Source of the DNA: Macrostomum lignano
Taxonomy: Eukaryota
Assembly: GCA_002269645.1 (NCBI GenBank)
Contig: NIVC01000103.1
Location: forward strand, 552,122 to 616,121
Direction: 5' to 3'
DNA: 64,000 nucleotides
Below are positions 26,382-38,984 of the stretch, one piece after another. The position numbers were made by a program, and so were the translations under genes. Below the pieces are notes generated by a model that was not told where the DNA came from, searched no databases, and worked only from the letters and a program-made list of their open reading frames with translations. How positions within the stretch are numbered: the first letter of the stretch is position 1; each line of letters begins with the position of its first letter.

Positions 26382-29300
26382 ATGGAGCCACCAACTGCAG
26401 CTCCTGGTTGTCAGCAGCCGCAACACATGGCTGGCAATGGCAGCAATGTGCGCTTCTTCGTGATCTATAAGGAGCATTGCCTGTCCTCTCTGGGCATCTT
26501 CCAGCTGACTGGCACAGCCCTGTCAATCATTCTTACTGGTGTAGCAGCGGCTGCCCATCCTAGCATTGGAGTCTGGGGCCTCATCACCTCTGTACTGTGC
26601 TTCCTAATCACTGTCATGTACTTTTGCGCTCACCTGTTCGGATCATTCGCATTTGTTAGACTGCATTGGTCCGTTATTGTGAGTTTAATCAGATTTTAGC
26701 TGCCCACTTTTGTATTGTGCAAAGAATCTAATGCAAGTAAGTTTAATCATGAAGACTTATTTTACCGATATTTGTATAGATACTCATTTCTAAATTTCTA
26801 AAGTCTAAGCAGCGTATTTAATCAATGTAGCCGAGTGCTCAGCAAGGTGATGAGCTTCTGCTGCATGTCTCGTCGCCTGCATTGAGTGTCTTCCTTATTG
26901 GTCTCAAATTCGGAGGCTGAGATACTTACAGTGCCATGAAGCGGAGATTGTGAATGTTTTGGTTAGACGAGTAGAAGTGTCTCGAGAACGGAGTGTCTTT
27001 TAAGTGAGTCTAGCGTCGCTTAAGTGGGCTATCAGTCTGACTTTTAGAGCTCTAGGAGTTGCATCCTAGGCCTTTGCATAGGATGGCATAGACATCGTTT
27101 CGAGAGTCACAGCGGACTTTCTGACAGATTCTGTGAATCATTTTTGTCAACTGACTATAATTATAAAGAAGTTGGGTCCGCAGTAATTGACAAAGAGTTC
27201 CTTCATCAATCAAAGAGACGCAGCAGTCTGAAAGAATGTAATTTTTTTTACGGCTGTAGTTCAACGTGAGCCGAATGTTACTGTCGAGGCCATTCAGGTG
27301 TCTGTGCAGTTCCTTCAGCTGCGGCTCCTTGCTGCCAAAGACAACCACGAAGACGTCATCAATATAGCGTTTATATAGGCAAGGAGCGAAAGTTTCGGTT
27401 ACCAGGGCCTTAGACTCCCAGTCGGACATAAAGATGTTGGCGTAGGAAGGCCCTTAATCTGCAAATACCGCTTCTTATCAAAGTCAAAGACGAGTCATTC
27501 TGATTAAGGTTGATGTCTAGTTTTTTTGCGCTCGGTTTGGGAGGCCTCGGAGTCGACTCATCAGACATCAGTGCCACGTGGCAGCAGTGTCACGTGGTTG
27601 GCTGGATTGATACCTCTCAGGTAGCTGTTTACCTTTTTGGCAGCTTTCCTGGTGTTTTCTGGTGCTCAAGTGTCCACTACTAAGTCCAGTGTGTAAACTT
27701 AGGCTTTTAGATAGACTTTGTGGGAATGGTTAAGAATCGTTGTGAGCTGTTTGTCGATCACACCTTCAAACTGTCTTGGCATACGATGACCGTCTTGACT
27801 ATTTCGGTAGGAAGTTCGGCCTGTTCACGTGAACTCTTGATTAGATTTTGTTCTTAATTTCGAAATCGGATTTCTTGTAAGTCTTGCATTCCTGGACGAG
27901 TCAGACTCTTAATTGTTGACAACCGATCGCGATTGTTGACCATTGTTGACCTGGCAGAAAGGACCTAAAGACCTGATAGTGGTAGATGGCATGGGAATTA
28001 TTTGGACCAGAGTCTGCTCAATGAAGTTTTGCGATCCTCATTACTGCGAATAGCTGAGGGTGCTTGAGAACAATCCGGGCCTTCTTCAAATTCCTTGGCA
28101 CAAGCGGCTCTTGCAGTCTTGCAGAATAGACTCTTGTTCAGAGGGTGTCAAGACGGCTGCTGTTAGGTGAGCACTGTCATCAAGCCGACTCGACCCTGCG
28201 ATAGTAAGTCGTCGTTAATAGTGATAGATAAATAGGTATATAGATAGGTAGATCTAGATAGATAGACAAACGGATAAACAGATAGAAAGATAGATAAAAA
28301 ATACATTTTTTATTAGATTCAGAGGGCTGTGTGCACCTGGGTGCACTTTAAGCGACATTGTCACACAACCAGGCGAGGGGCATTGCCTGCCCATTCCACA
28401 GGCTCCCCTGAGCAGGCACACAAGCGCGCGGATACGCACGCAGTCATACACACAGACAATCTCACACAGGAGTGTACAGCGGCCCTAACTTTATTTATCG
28501 TTTGGCATGTACACTTCACTGTGCCTTGGGGGTTGGCCCTCAAGGCCGTTAATTGCACGAGCAGAGCCAAGCCGAGATTCCAATTTATCCCGAAATATAT
28601 GTGACTGCACTTGGAATCGAACCTGGGCCGCTGGCACATCAGAGCGCCGCGCTAGACCACTGGGCTACGGTTCCCTTAGATACTCGTAAGTAGATAGATA
28701 CATAGACAGCCAGAGGCAGACGACTGTTAAATTTGCTGTATGTAAAGAAAAAAACAGAATTTCGGATAATCTGGCCGTCGTGAATTTTTCTTATTCTGTT
28801 CGGGCAACAGTTGAAGTTATTTATAGCGAAAAGAAATGCTATGCTCAACATTGCTGCTGCTGGCACCACTTGTGCTATTCAAATAATCGAGACAAACGGA
28901 TCGGGTGTTGCTGGATTATTCTTGACTTGTTTCTAAAAATAGCAACCTGGGACGCGAGTAAGCAGCCAAGAAGCCAGATTTTCTCCTAGCCAAGGCAGCA
29001 GTAAATTGCAGCTTTTAGGAGAAAGAAATGTTGACTTGTTGTAAGTGGAAACTTTTCCGTACAAATTTTCCAGGAAATGATATCCTACGCGGTTCTGTCG
29101 CTGATGCTGCTGATTACGTCTGTTGTTGCCTCGTGCAACTCTGGCATTCCGGGCTATCGAGCCCTGCCAGTTGCTGTGAGTTTCTGGAGTTGCTGACATG
29201 CCAATGTCCATAGGGAGGAGTTGCTGACATGCCAATGTCCATAGGGAGGCGTTGCTGAGATGCCAATGTCCATAGGGAGGAGTTGCTGAGATGCCAATGT

Positions 29301-30501
29301 CCATAGGGAGGAGTCGCTAAGGTGCCAATGTCCGTAGGGTGGAGTTGCTGAGATGCCATGGCTCAATGGGGAGTTGCTGAGATGCCAATGTCTACAAAGG
29401 GGGTTGCTGAGATGCCAATGTCTACAAAGGGGGTTGCTGAAATGCCAATGTCCATAGGGAGGCGTTGCTGAGATGCCAATGTCCATAGGGAGGAGTCGCT
29501 AAGGTGCCAATGTCCGTAGGGTGGAGTTGCTGAGATGCCATGGCTCAATGGGGAGTTGCTGAGATGCCATGGCTCAATGGGGAGTTGCTGAGATGCCATG
29601 GCTCAATGGGGAGTTGCTGAGATGCCATGGCTCAATGGGGAGTTGCTGAGATGCCATGGCTCAATGGGGAGTTGCTGAGATGCCATGGCTCAATGGGGAG
29701 TTGCTGAGATGCCAATGTCTACAAAGGGCGTTGCTGAGATGCCAATGTCCATAGAGAGGAGTTGCTGAGATGCCAATGTCCATAGGGAGGAGTTGCTGAG
29801 ATGCCAATGTCCATAGGGAGGCGTTGCTGAGATGCCAATGTCCATAGGGAGGCGTTGCTGAGATGCAAATGTCCATAGGGAGGAGTTGCTGAGATGCCAA
29901 TGTCCACAGGGGGAGTTGCTGAGATGCCAATATCCATAGCGAGGAGTTGCTGAGATGCCAATGTCCATAGGGAGGCGTTGCTGAGATGTCAATGCTCACA
30001 GGGGGAGTTGCTGAGAGGAGATGCCAATACTTAAGAGTTGCTCAGATGCGAAGGTTCAAGTTGAGGAGGCCTTGATGACAAAGCTCAAAGTGGATGCTGA
30101 CATCTCAGGCTAGATATCAGGCTTTCAGGACTGGTGCTTATTTTGCTTTTAACATCAGCTTCTTTTTAAAAAATCTTTAAAACCGTGACTGCACAATGCG
30201 TCCTACATGTGCCCAGCCAATTATTTCCAACCAGGTGGTTTCATTTCTCAGCCTATCAGTGTACACAGTGACGGCCCTGTTCGCCTATCACATCTGGCGT
30301 ATTGGCGGCCGCTATCGATTCGAATGCTCTGGTCCAGTTGATTTTGGCAGCGTCGCCGGTCTCGGCGGGGTCGGCGGCCTCGGCGGGGTCGGCGGCGGCA
30401 ATCGCAGCGACGATTTGGCGGTTGGTCACATCGGCGACAGCTGCTGCAGTCTGGAGGAGCCCGAGATTCAATGGCGCGTTTTGCCCTGCTCAGTGCTTTG
30501 A
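26382..30501 (+). CDS. MARVEL-domain four-TM protein (CMTM/plasmolipin-like), 3 exons, 221 aa
   Basis: Exons 26382-26678, 29074-29175 and 30235-30501, all phase 0 GT-AG. Four hydrophobic helices, with a W..IE junction (HWSVI|EMISYAVLSL) and VVSFLSLSVY...AYHIWR. Confidence 0.85.
26790..28230 (-). mobile_element. Decayed Penelope-like retroelement (RT plus GIY-YIG) in MARVEL intron 1
   Basis: FDFDKKRYLQIKG/PSYANIFMSDWE...YKRYIDDVFVV...LNGLDSNIRLT, then RCDSRNDVYAILCKGLGC..SQTDSPLKRR.TH and a C-terminal RRR..QQKLITLLST. Contains stops, frameshifts and deletions. Confidence 0.85.
28319..28675 (-). mobile_element. tRNA-derived SINE family A, most complete copy
   Basis: The reverse complement starts GGGAACCGTAGCCCAGTGGTCTAG (A-box)...GGTTCGATTCC (B-box). 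Possible TSD TTAGAT at 28313-28318 and 28676-28681. Confidence 0.85.
29190..30010. repeat. 29-31-bp minisatellite in MARVEL intron 2
   Basis: Core GAGTTGCTGAGATGCCA with interleaved variant blocks. Confidence 0.96.
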
Positions 30502-31439
30502 TTTCAATAGGATTCTTCTATCCGATACAATATAAATATATGCCCATTTTATACTACTCTTTTGAAGAGCGTTACAAGTAGTATAATTAGCCGTTTATTT
30601 CAAACCAATCTAGTTTGCTTGTGTGCTACAACTCCCACTGGGAAAAAATTGCAGCGACGACAGGTTAATGACGACAAGTTGACGACAAGTCACTCTGTCG
30701 TCGCCATGGCAGTCGACCAATCAGAGGCCGATAGAAAGCAGGCGGCAAAGCGGATTTGGAAGCGCGAATTTGCACGATACTACCCACTTGAACAAATCAT
30801 ACTTATTTTAGTAAATCGATAGTAAACCGACAAGGCTGTCGTTTCTAGCCTGTCGTCACTTGTTGTCACCGTGTCGTCGCTGCAATTGTTTTCCTAGCGG
30901 GACTTGTAATATTGTTTGCTTCGGTTTTATTTTGTTGCTTTTAATTTTTCTATGCCGACAATCTCTACAAGCAGATCTGTGTGTCTGTCATTCTGTTTTG
31001 ATAGTGTTTTTTGTTTTTGATTGTGTCTATTAAACGCGGTTGCAATTTTATTTTTTCTATAATATAACCCGCCCTGTTCTAATAATAATACTCATTCGCT
31101 GCTTTTTTACTACTAACCATTGCTAGCTCAGTAGTTTTAAGAAGTAAGATTTTTTATTACAATTTTTTATTTGAATTTTATTTTTTTCAGAATTTCTATA
31201 TTGTTGCTTTTCCTATCTTAGGTAGGTAAGCCGTTCTGTGTGCTTTTTAATTGGCAATTTTTGTACCTTCTCAGTATTACTGTTGTATATAAATATTATA
31301 TTTAGCTAGTCTTTTCTGTGTTAGTCGCTTATTTATACTATTGCAAGTAGGAGTGTCTTGTGTACCGAAAACTGTTGATTGTACAATTTGCAATGTGATT
31401 GTGATGAGGAATTGTTAAATGTGACAATCCTTAAACTTC

Positions 31440-31900
31440 CCAAACCCTAAACTACAAACTCCCTAAACTTCACAATCCCTAAACTAAAAACTACCTAAAA
31501 TTCACAATCCCTAAACTTCACAAACCCTAAACTTCTCAATCCCTAAACTTCACAAACCCTAAACTTCTCAATCCCTAAACTTCACAAACCCTAAACTTCA
31601 CAATCCCTAAACTTCTCAATCCCTAAACTTCACAATCCCTAAACTTCACAATCCCTAAACTTCACAATCCCTAAACTTTACAAACCCTAAACTTCACAAT
31701 CCCTAAACTTCACAATCCCTAAACTTCACAATCCCTAAACTTCACAATCCCTAAACTTCACAATCCCTAAACTTCACAATCCCTAAACTTCACAAACCCT
31801 AAACTTCACAAACCCTAAACTTCACAATCCCTAAACTTCACAATCCCTAAACTTCACAATCCCTAAACTTCACAATCCCTAAACTTCACAAACCCTAAAC
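31440..31900. repeat. 16-bp minisatellite (AATCCCTAAACTTCAC) containing CCCTAA
   Basis: Tandem copies. Confidence 0.96.
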
Positions 31901-32439
31901 TTGAACACTGTATGCTTAAGAACGATTTGTGGCAGTGCAATTTTAGCTGGAGTCTTACTAGAAATTATTTATTGTTTTGCTTTCATCCTAGTCCTAATTT
32001 ACTAGTTAGACAATTTGTGTTAATATTGCGACTTTCATAGCACCGCAAATCTAGCTGTGCTATCATCTCATTATAATATATAATTAAGCAGCACCCCTGC
32101 CACTTGCGTTAACATTTTGTATTAACCAATGTGAAATTTGTTGCCTCCCTGAGCTTTGCTGATTTTTATCCTCTGTCTCCCTTGCCCTTATAATTTGTTA
32201 TTTACGCAATTAGAAGGTTAAATATAATGTACTAATAATTTGTTACCTTGTGTTTTTTGTGGAAACTTGCTTGCAGACTTTGTTTATTTGTTTAACTATT
32301 ATGTAGACTTTATCAGCTGTGTTTTAGACTCTAGACATTGTGACTTGTAAGTGGTGTCTATTAAGTTCCTCTGCATGTACCGGTATGTACCCTCACTGTC
32401 TGCCTGATCCCGCTGCCATCCCTATTCTCTCCCTTTGTT

Positions 32440-33110
32440 CTCTTTTCTGAGCCCTCCATCTCCCTTTGTCTCCCTCTCTGTCTCCCTCTCTCCTCTCATT
32501 CTCTGTCTCCCCCTCTCCTCTCATTCTCTCTGTCTCCCCCTCTCCTCTCATTCTTTGTCTCCCCCTCTCCTCTCATTCTCTCTGTCTCCCCCTCTCCTCT
32601 CATTCTGTCTCCCTCTCTCTTCTCATTCTCTCTGTCTCCCCCTCTCCTCTCATTCTCTCTGTCTCCCTCTCTCCTCTCATTCTCTCTGTCTCCCTCTCTC
32701 CTCTCATTCTCTCTGTCTCCCTCTCTCCTCTCATTCTCTGTCTCCCTCTCTCTTCTCATTCTCTTTGTCTCCCCCTCTCCTCTCATTCTCTCTGTCTCCC
32801 TCTCTGCTCTCATTCTCTCTGTCTTCCCCTCTCCTCTCATTCTCTCTGTCTCCCTCTCTGCTCCTTGTTCCCCTCTCTCCCTCTGTCTCCCCCTCTCCTC
32901 TCCTTCACTATATCTCCCTCTCTGTCCCTTGTACCCCCTCTGTCTCCCTCTCTGCCCCTTGTCTGCCTCTCTCTCTCTCCGTCTCCCCCTCTGTGCACCT
33001 CATTTCTGTCTCTGTGTCCCCTATCTCCCTCTCTATCTCCCCTATTACCCCCTTTCTGTGTGCCTCTGTCCCTCTCCGTTTCTCTCCCTCTCCATCTCAA
33101 TTTACCCCTC
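32440..33110. repeat. Pyrimidine-rich (CT) minisatellite / low-complexity tract
   Basis: CTCTCTGTCTCCCCCTCTCCTCTCATT-like units. Confidence 0.93.
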
Positions 33111-33264
33111 GATCTCTGTCTCGTTTCTCCCTGTTCGCTACCGTTTCGTTATCCCCCCAGCCTCGCTACGCAAGTTGAGTTTCTCAGAAAGTTTGCCATC
33201 CTTCTAGTTTGACTTTGTTTGTCCGGAACCCCTCTATTTCGTCCCTAACTTTGCCAGTCGCCCA

Positions 33265-33446
33265 GCGCATGCGCAGCCTTTGAATTGAGTCGGCCTAGCC
33301 GTTAGCGTAGCAATAGCGCTTCTAGTAGCTATTATATAAATAAGTGCTTTTGTCTCAAAGAGCCTTTCTAATGTAGTTTCAGCTTTTGTGTTTTCGGAAT
33401 CTCCATCTCGCCAACTTCAGCCAGCGCTCAGTTCAGTAAATGGCGG
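33265..33446 (+). promoter_or_regulatory. Candidate promoter: NRF1-type GCGCATGCGC and YY1-type AAATGGCGG
   Basis: Exact motifs at 33265-33274 and 33438-33446 in a unique, CpG-richer segment ~1.9 kb upstream of the EPS8-like ATG. Confidence 0.35.
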
Positions 33447-34029
33447 TGTGTGAGAGTGTGTGTTTAAATGGTGCGCGCGTGCCTTCAGTGTGTGCTGAAG
33501 CTCAATCGGTACTCAGCGCTCTCATCTGTATATAGTTAGTTATTATTGCCGTGTTAGCCTCAGATGGAAAGGAATGCGCGTATGCGAAATATTATTATAA
33601 AAACTGGCAGGTTTAGTTAGCTAGCATGCGTGTGGGATGGTTGTCAACTATAGTAAAAGCTTTTGGGTTTGGGGTGGAAGTTTGTCTTCTATCTGGGCGC
33701 GGTCAAGTTCGCGAGCGCGCTCTCTCTCTCTTTCTCTCTCTTTCTCTTGATTTGTCGAAAAGACACTGAAAAGGAGACCCTTTCGGGTGTGTAACAGTGG
33801 CTATAATCGCAGGTTTTGTTTAGAAGTTTTTTTTTGTTTCACCTCTGCGTATTGTTGCGGTGACTCTATCGTTTCAATCGTACAATTTGACCTTAAATCT
33901 GCCTTGGTTAGTCAGTGTCCGTCTGTGCCTGAACGGCTGATTGACAAACTTGTAAGAATTGTCTTGCACCTTGAATAAATAGGCTTGGAATTCAATAAGA
34001 CCTATCAAAACAAGACATTTTTCGAGTGT

Positions 34030-35120
34030 CACCTTGAGAATTGGCCGTATGTCACACCTTGAGAATCGGTCCTATGTCACACCTTGAGAATCGGACCGAA
34101 GTCACACCTTGAGAATCGGTCCTATGTCACACCTTGAGAATCAGTCCTATGTCACACCTTGAGAATCGGTCCTATGTCACACCTTGAGAATCGGTCCTAT
34201 GTCACACCTTGAGAATCGGACCGAAGTCACACCTTGAGAATCGGTCCTATGTCACACCTTGAGAATCAGTCCTATGTCACACCTTGAGAATCGGTCCTAT
34301 GTCACACCTTGAGAATCGGTCCTATGTCACACCTTGAGAATCGGTCCTATGTCACACCTTGAGAATCGGTCCGAAGTGACACCTTGAGAATCGGTCCTAT
34401 GTCACACCTTGAGAATCGGTCCTAAGTCACACCTTGAGAATCGGCCTAAAGTCACACCTTGAGAATCGGCCTTAAGTCACCTTGAGAATCGGTCCTAGGT
34501 CACCTTGAATCGGCCACAAGTTACACCTTGAGAATCGGCCTTAAGTCACACCTTGAGAATCGGCCTTAAGTCACCTTGATAATCGGTCCTAAGTCACACC
34601 TTGAGATTCGGTCCTAAGTTACACATTGCGAATCGGTCCTAAGTCACACCTTGAGAATCAGCCCTGTCACACCTTGTGAATCGGTCTTAAGTCACACCTT
34701 GACAATCGGCCTCAGTCACACCTTGAGAATCGGCCCTATGTCACACCTTGTGAATCGGTCTTAAGTCACACCTTGACAATCGGCCTCAGTCACACCTTGA
34801 GAATCGGCCTTAAGTCACACCTTGAGAATCGGCCTTAAGTCACCTTGATAATCGGTCCTAAGTCACACCTTGAGATTCGGTCCTAAGTTACACATTGCGA
34901 ATCGGTCCTAAGTCACACCTTGAGAATCAGCCCTGTCACACCTTGAGAATCGGTCCTATGTCACACCTTGAGAATCAGCCCTGTCACACCTTGAGAATCA
35001 GCCCTATGTCACACCTTGAGAATCGGCCTTAAGTCACACCTTGTAAATCGGTCTTAAGTCACACCTTAAGAATCGGCCCTCAATCACACCTTGACAATCG
35101 GCCTCAGTCACACCTTGAGA
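34030..35120. repeat. 25-bp minisatellite (GTCACACCTTGAGAATCGGTCCTAT)
   Basis: About 40 tandem copies, ending just before the acceptor at 35200. Confidence 0.97.
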
Positions 35121-35286
35121 ATCTTTGTAATAGTCACAAAAATTAGCTTATAAGCAGCTACTGGAGTTATGAATAACCGTATATAATTTTTTCCACTCCA
35201 GCCAGTCTGATTGGTGTTCCAAATCTCAGTGGAAGAATAACAATCGGATTCTGAGTCAGCAGAACCAGACCGCAGTTGAAGCCAGC

Positions 35287-38200
35287 ATGGCGGCATTCCG
35301 TCAGCCGCAGTCATCGCCAGTTATTCGCGACATCCAGGTGCGCCATCTGGCCAGCTTAACCTCCGGTTCCGGCCAGTTGAGCCCGGACGAAGGGCTTCAA
35401 CGCCTACGCCAGATGGAGTTGAGTAGCGGCACCCAGTGCCGGATTCGGTTGCTAGGCAACGGCGGCGGCCTGCGCGTGATCGATCCGGCTAGCGGCCAGG
35501 TGATGGAGGATTTTCCGGTCAGAAGCCTGCGCCAACCGTTGGCTTACGAAGGCGGCAGGGATAATCTGTTGATGTTCAGCGTTGAATCCGACGGTGGCAC
35601 CTGGGAGATGCACATCTTCCAGCTGCCATCAGCTCTGCAAGCCAGCCAGATTGCCCAGGAGATGCACCAGCTCATTCAGCAGGCCTCTGGCAGCGGCCTG
35701 GGCGGCGGCGGTAGAGGCGGCGGCACCAACGAGGAGGCAGCCGATTCGTCGCAGTTGGTGCAGGTGAGCAACAGAAAGGGAAGCCGTCTGGGTAGCTTGG
35801 AATCGTAGTCTAAGAAGGCTATAGTAGTCTGGGTAGGTTCTAATGGTAGTCTGGGTAGGTTATGGTGCTAGTCTGGGTGGGTTATGGTGCTTGTCTGGGT
35901 AGGTTATAATGCTAGTCTGGGTAGGTTATGGTGCTAGTCTGGGTAGGTTATGGTAGTCTGGGTAGGTTATGGTGCCAGTCTGGGTATGTTATGGTGCCAT
36001 TTTGGGTAGGTTATGGTGCCAGTCTGGGTAGGTTATGGTAGTCTGGGTAGGTTATGGTGCCAGTCTGGGTAGGTTATAATGGTAGTCTGAGTAGGTTATG
36101 ATGCCAATCTGGGTAGGTTATGATGCCAATCTGGGTAGGTTATGATGCCAATCTGGGTAGGTTATGGTGCCAATCTGGGTAGGTTATGGTGCCAGTCTGG
36201 GTAAGGTTATGCCAGTCTGGGTAGGTTATGGTGCTAGTCTGGGTAGGTTATGGTAGTCTGGGTAGGTTATGGTGCCAGTCTGGGTATGTTATGGTGCCAT
36301 TTTGGGTAGGTTATGGTGCCATTCTGGGTAGGTTATGGTTGTCTGGGTAGGTTATAATGCTAGTCTGGGTAGGTAATAATGCTAGTCTGTGTAGGTAATA
36401 ATGCTAGTCTGGGTAGGTTATAATGCTAGTCTGAGTAGGTTATAATTTCGGTGCGGGTGAACAATAATGACACGGACTATCAGTTCACTATAACAAAGAT
36501 GTTTATTTTTGGCCTTTCTAAAGGTCCTGAATCGATGCCTAGAAGAGGTGGAGGCATTCTCCTTGCGCATTCAGCAGCAGCAGCCGCAGCCGCAGCGGCC
36601 CGCCACCCCGAGGTCGCACCGCTCAGAGCGGCACTCGCCGCCCCGTCAGCCGCTGCCCAGCACCGAGGATTTTGTGGACATTTTGAAAAAACTGAAACTC
36701 GCTCTGAATCTGCTAGGCCGGCTGGAGGGTCGGATTCATCAGCCCAATGCGCCCGAGCTGGTGCACTGCCTGTTCGTTCCGCTGGTTCTCATTGTGCAGG
36801 TGCGGCTTGTCTGCTGCAGTGCCTGTGATATCTGGCTCATCCTGTCTAGTCTTGTCTCTCATCCTGTCTGGTCTTGTCTCTCATCCTGTCTGGTCTTGTC
36901 TCACATCCTGTCTGGTCTTGGCTCTCATCCTGTCTGGTCTTGTCTCTCATCCTGTCTGGTCTTGTCTCCCATCCTGTCTGGTCTTGTCTCTCATCCTGTC
37001 TGGTCTTGTCTCTCATCCTGTCTGGTCTTGTCTCTCATCCTGTCTGGTCTTGTCTCCCATCCTGTCTGGTCTTGTCTCTCATCCTGTCTGGTCTTGTCTC
37101 ACATCCTGTCTGGTCTTGTCTCTCATCCTGTCTGGTCTTGTCTCTCATCCTGTCTGGTCTTGTCTCTCATCCTGTCTAGTCTTGTCTCACATCCTGTCTG
37201 GTCTTGTCTCTCATCCTGTCTGGTCTTGTCTCTCATCCTGTCTGGTCTTGTCTCACATCCTGTCTGGTCTTGTCTCTCATCCTGTCTGGTCTTGTCTCTC
37301 ATCCTGTCTGGTCTTGTCTCTCATCCTGTCTGGTCTTGTCTCTCATCCTGTCTGGTCTTGTCTCTCATCCTGTCTGGTCTTGTCTCACATCCTGTCTGGT
37401 CTTGTCTCTCATCCTGTCTGGTCTTGTCTCTCATCCTGTCTGGTCTTGTCTCTCATCCTGTCTGGTCTTGTCTCTCATCCTGTCTGGTCTTGTCTGCCAT
37501 CCTGTCTGGTCTTGTCTCTCATCCTGTCTGGTCTTGTCTGCCATCCTGTATCGTATCTGCTGTGTTCATCTCATCCTGTCTCACCGCATCTTTTCTCTAT
37601 TTATCTTACCAACTCCGTATTCAGCGTATCCGCAAAACAAACCTATTATCGAATCCCCACCTTGCATTCTCGCCCCGCAGTCGATCGGGCCGGACCTGCC
37701 CTCCCGGGTGCTGTCGCCACTGCTCACCCCGGCCGCCGTGGCGCTGCTGAAGCACTGCCTGACATCAAAGGAGTGCGAGCTCTGGTACAGCCTTGGCAAC
37801 GCCTGGACCTGCCACCGGCAGCGCTGGATCGACGAGCATCAGCAGCAGGCTGGCGACGTGCCGCCCTACCGGCCCCGGTTCAAACGGGACGGTTGGCAGC
37901 CCGAGCTCGAGCCCGAGCTGCTCGGCCAGGGACTGTCCAAGTCCCAGGCTGCCGCTCCGATGGTGAATGGCGGCGCCGCGCCCAGGCAGCAGCCTGTCAT
38001 CAAGGTGATGAGCTGAGCCTGTCTCATGTCGAAGTCTCACATCCTTGTCTCATTTCCGTGTCTTATTTTCCGTGTCTCATGTCCGTGTCTCATGTCCTTG
38101 TCTCATGTCTTTGGCTCATTTCTCGTTTCTCATGTCCGTGTCTCATGTCCGTGTCTCATGTCCTTGTCTCATGTCTTTGGCTCATTTCCGTTTCTCATGT

Positions 38201-38876
38201 CCGTGTCTCATGTCCTTGTCTTATGTCCGTGTCTCATGTCCGTGTCTTATGTCCATGTCTCATGAGTCATTACCATGTCTCATCTCTATGTCTCATGTCC
38301 GTGTTTCACGTCCGCCTGTCTGATAGATGTGTCTCATCTCTATTTCCAATCTATGATAGTTAACAATTCACCTTCAAAGTTACCCATAAAGTGGCAATGT
38401 TTCCCCACAACGAACCTGCCCAGATCAACCCGGTGACAATGGCCCAGCCGCACAGCCCCTACAGCCGCGGCGGCAACAACGGCCCCAAAGTCCAGCCATC
38501 GCAGCCGCAGCGTCCCGTCGCTCAGGTGGCACCCAGAGGCCCTCAGCTGGCTCAGTCGTCGGCTTACGCCGAGCCTCGGCAGTCCTCCTCTGGTGCTGGC
38601 CACCGTCAGGCAGCCCGGCGGAGCTTCAACGGAGCCGGCTTCGGCGCCGCCAGCAGCTGGGACGAGCGTCAGGAGCGGCTCCGTTCGGAGGCCGAGTCCC
38701 GCGGCCACCGGGTTGTGCAGGTGCTGCACGACAAAGCCGGCCGAAACGCCAAGGAGCTGACTGTGCAGCGCGGCGAACTGCTTGAAGTGCTGGACGATTC
38801 GCGCAACTGGTGGCAGCTGCGCAACTACATTGGCGAGGTGGGTCACGTGCCCTACACGATTCTGCGCCTGCTGTGA
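35287..38876 (+). CDS. EPS8: EPS8-family adaptor (PTB, central conserved region, SH3), 4 exons, 509 aa; no C-terminal SAM/effector region seen
   Basis: Exons 35287-35763, 36524-36799, 37681-38004 and 38424-38876, all phase 0. Motifs VRHLASL, LNRCLEEVEAF, DFVDILKKLKLALNLL, PNAPELVHCLF, VLSPLLT, LGNAW, and SH3 KELTVQRGELLEVLDDSRNWWQLRN..GEVGHVPYTIL. Confidence 0.88.
35815..36440. repeat. 22-bp minisatellite in EPS8 intron 1
   Basis: AGTCTGGGTAGGTTATGGTGCC units with 19-bp variants. Confidence 0.95.
36835..37550. repeat. 22-bp minisatellite in EPS8 intron 2
   Basis: TCATCCTGTCTGGTCTTGTCTC units. Source of the spurious 413/538 aa ORF extensions. Confidence 0.96.
38025..38330. repeat. 13-14-bp minisatellite in EPS8 intron 3
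   Basis: TGTCCGTGTCTCA-like units. Confidence 0.9.
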
Positions 38877-38984
38877 TTGGCGGCTCGGCTGTGGCTTTGG
38901 ATAGGTTGGGATTTTTCTTGTAAATTGGGATTATTCCAATGTTCGTGTTTTGGGCTCTTTTCTGGATTGAGATTCGGGATCATT

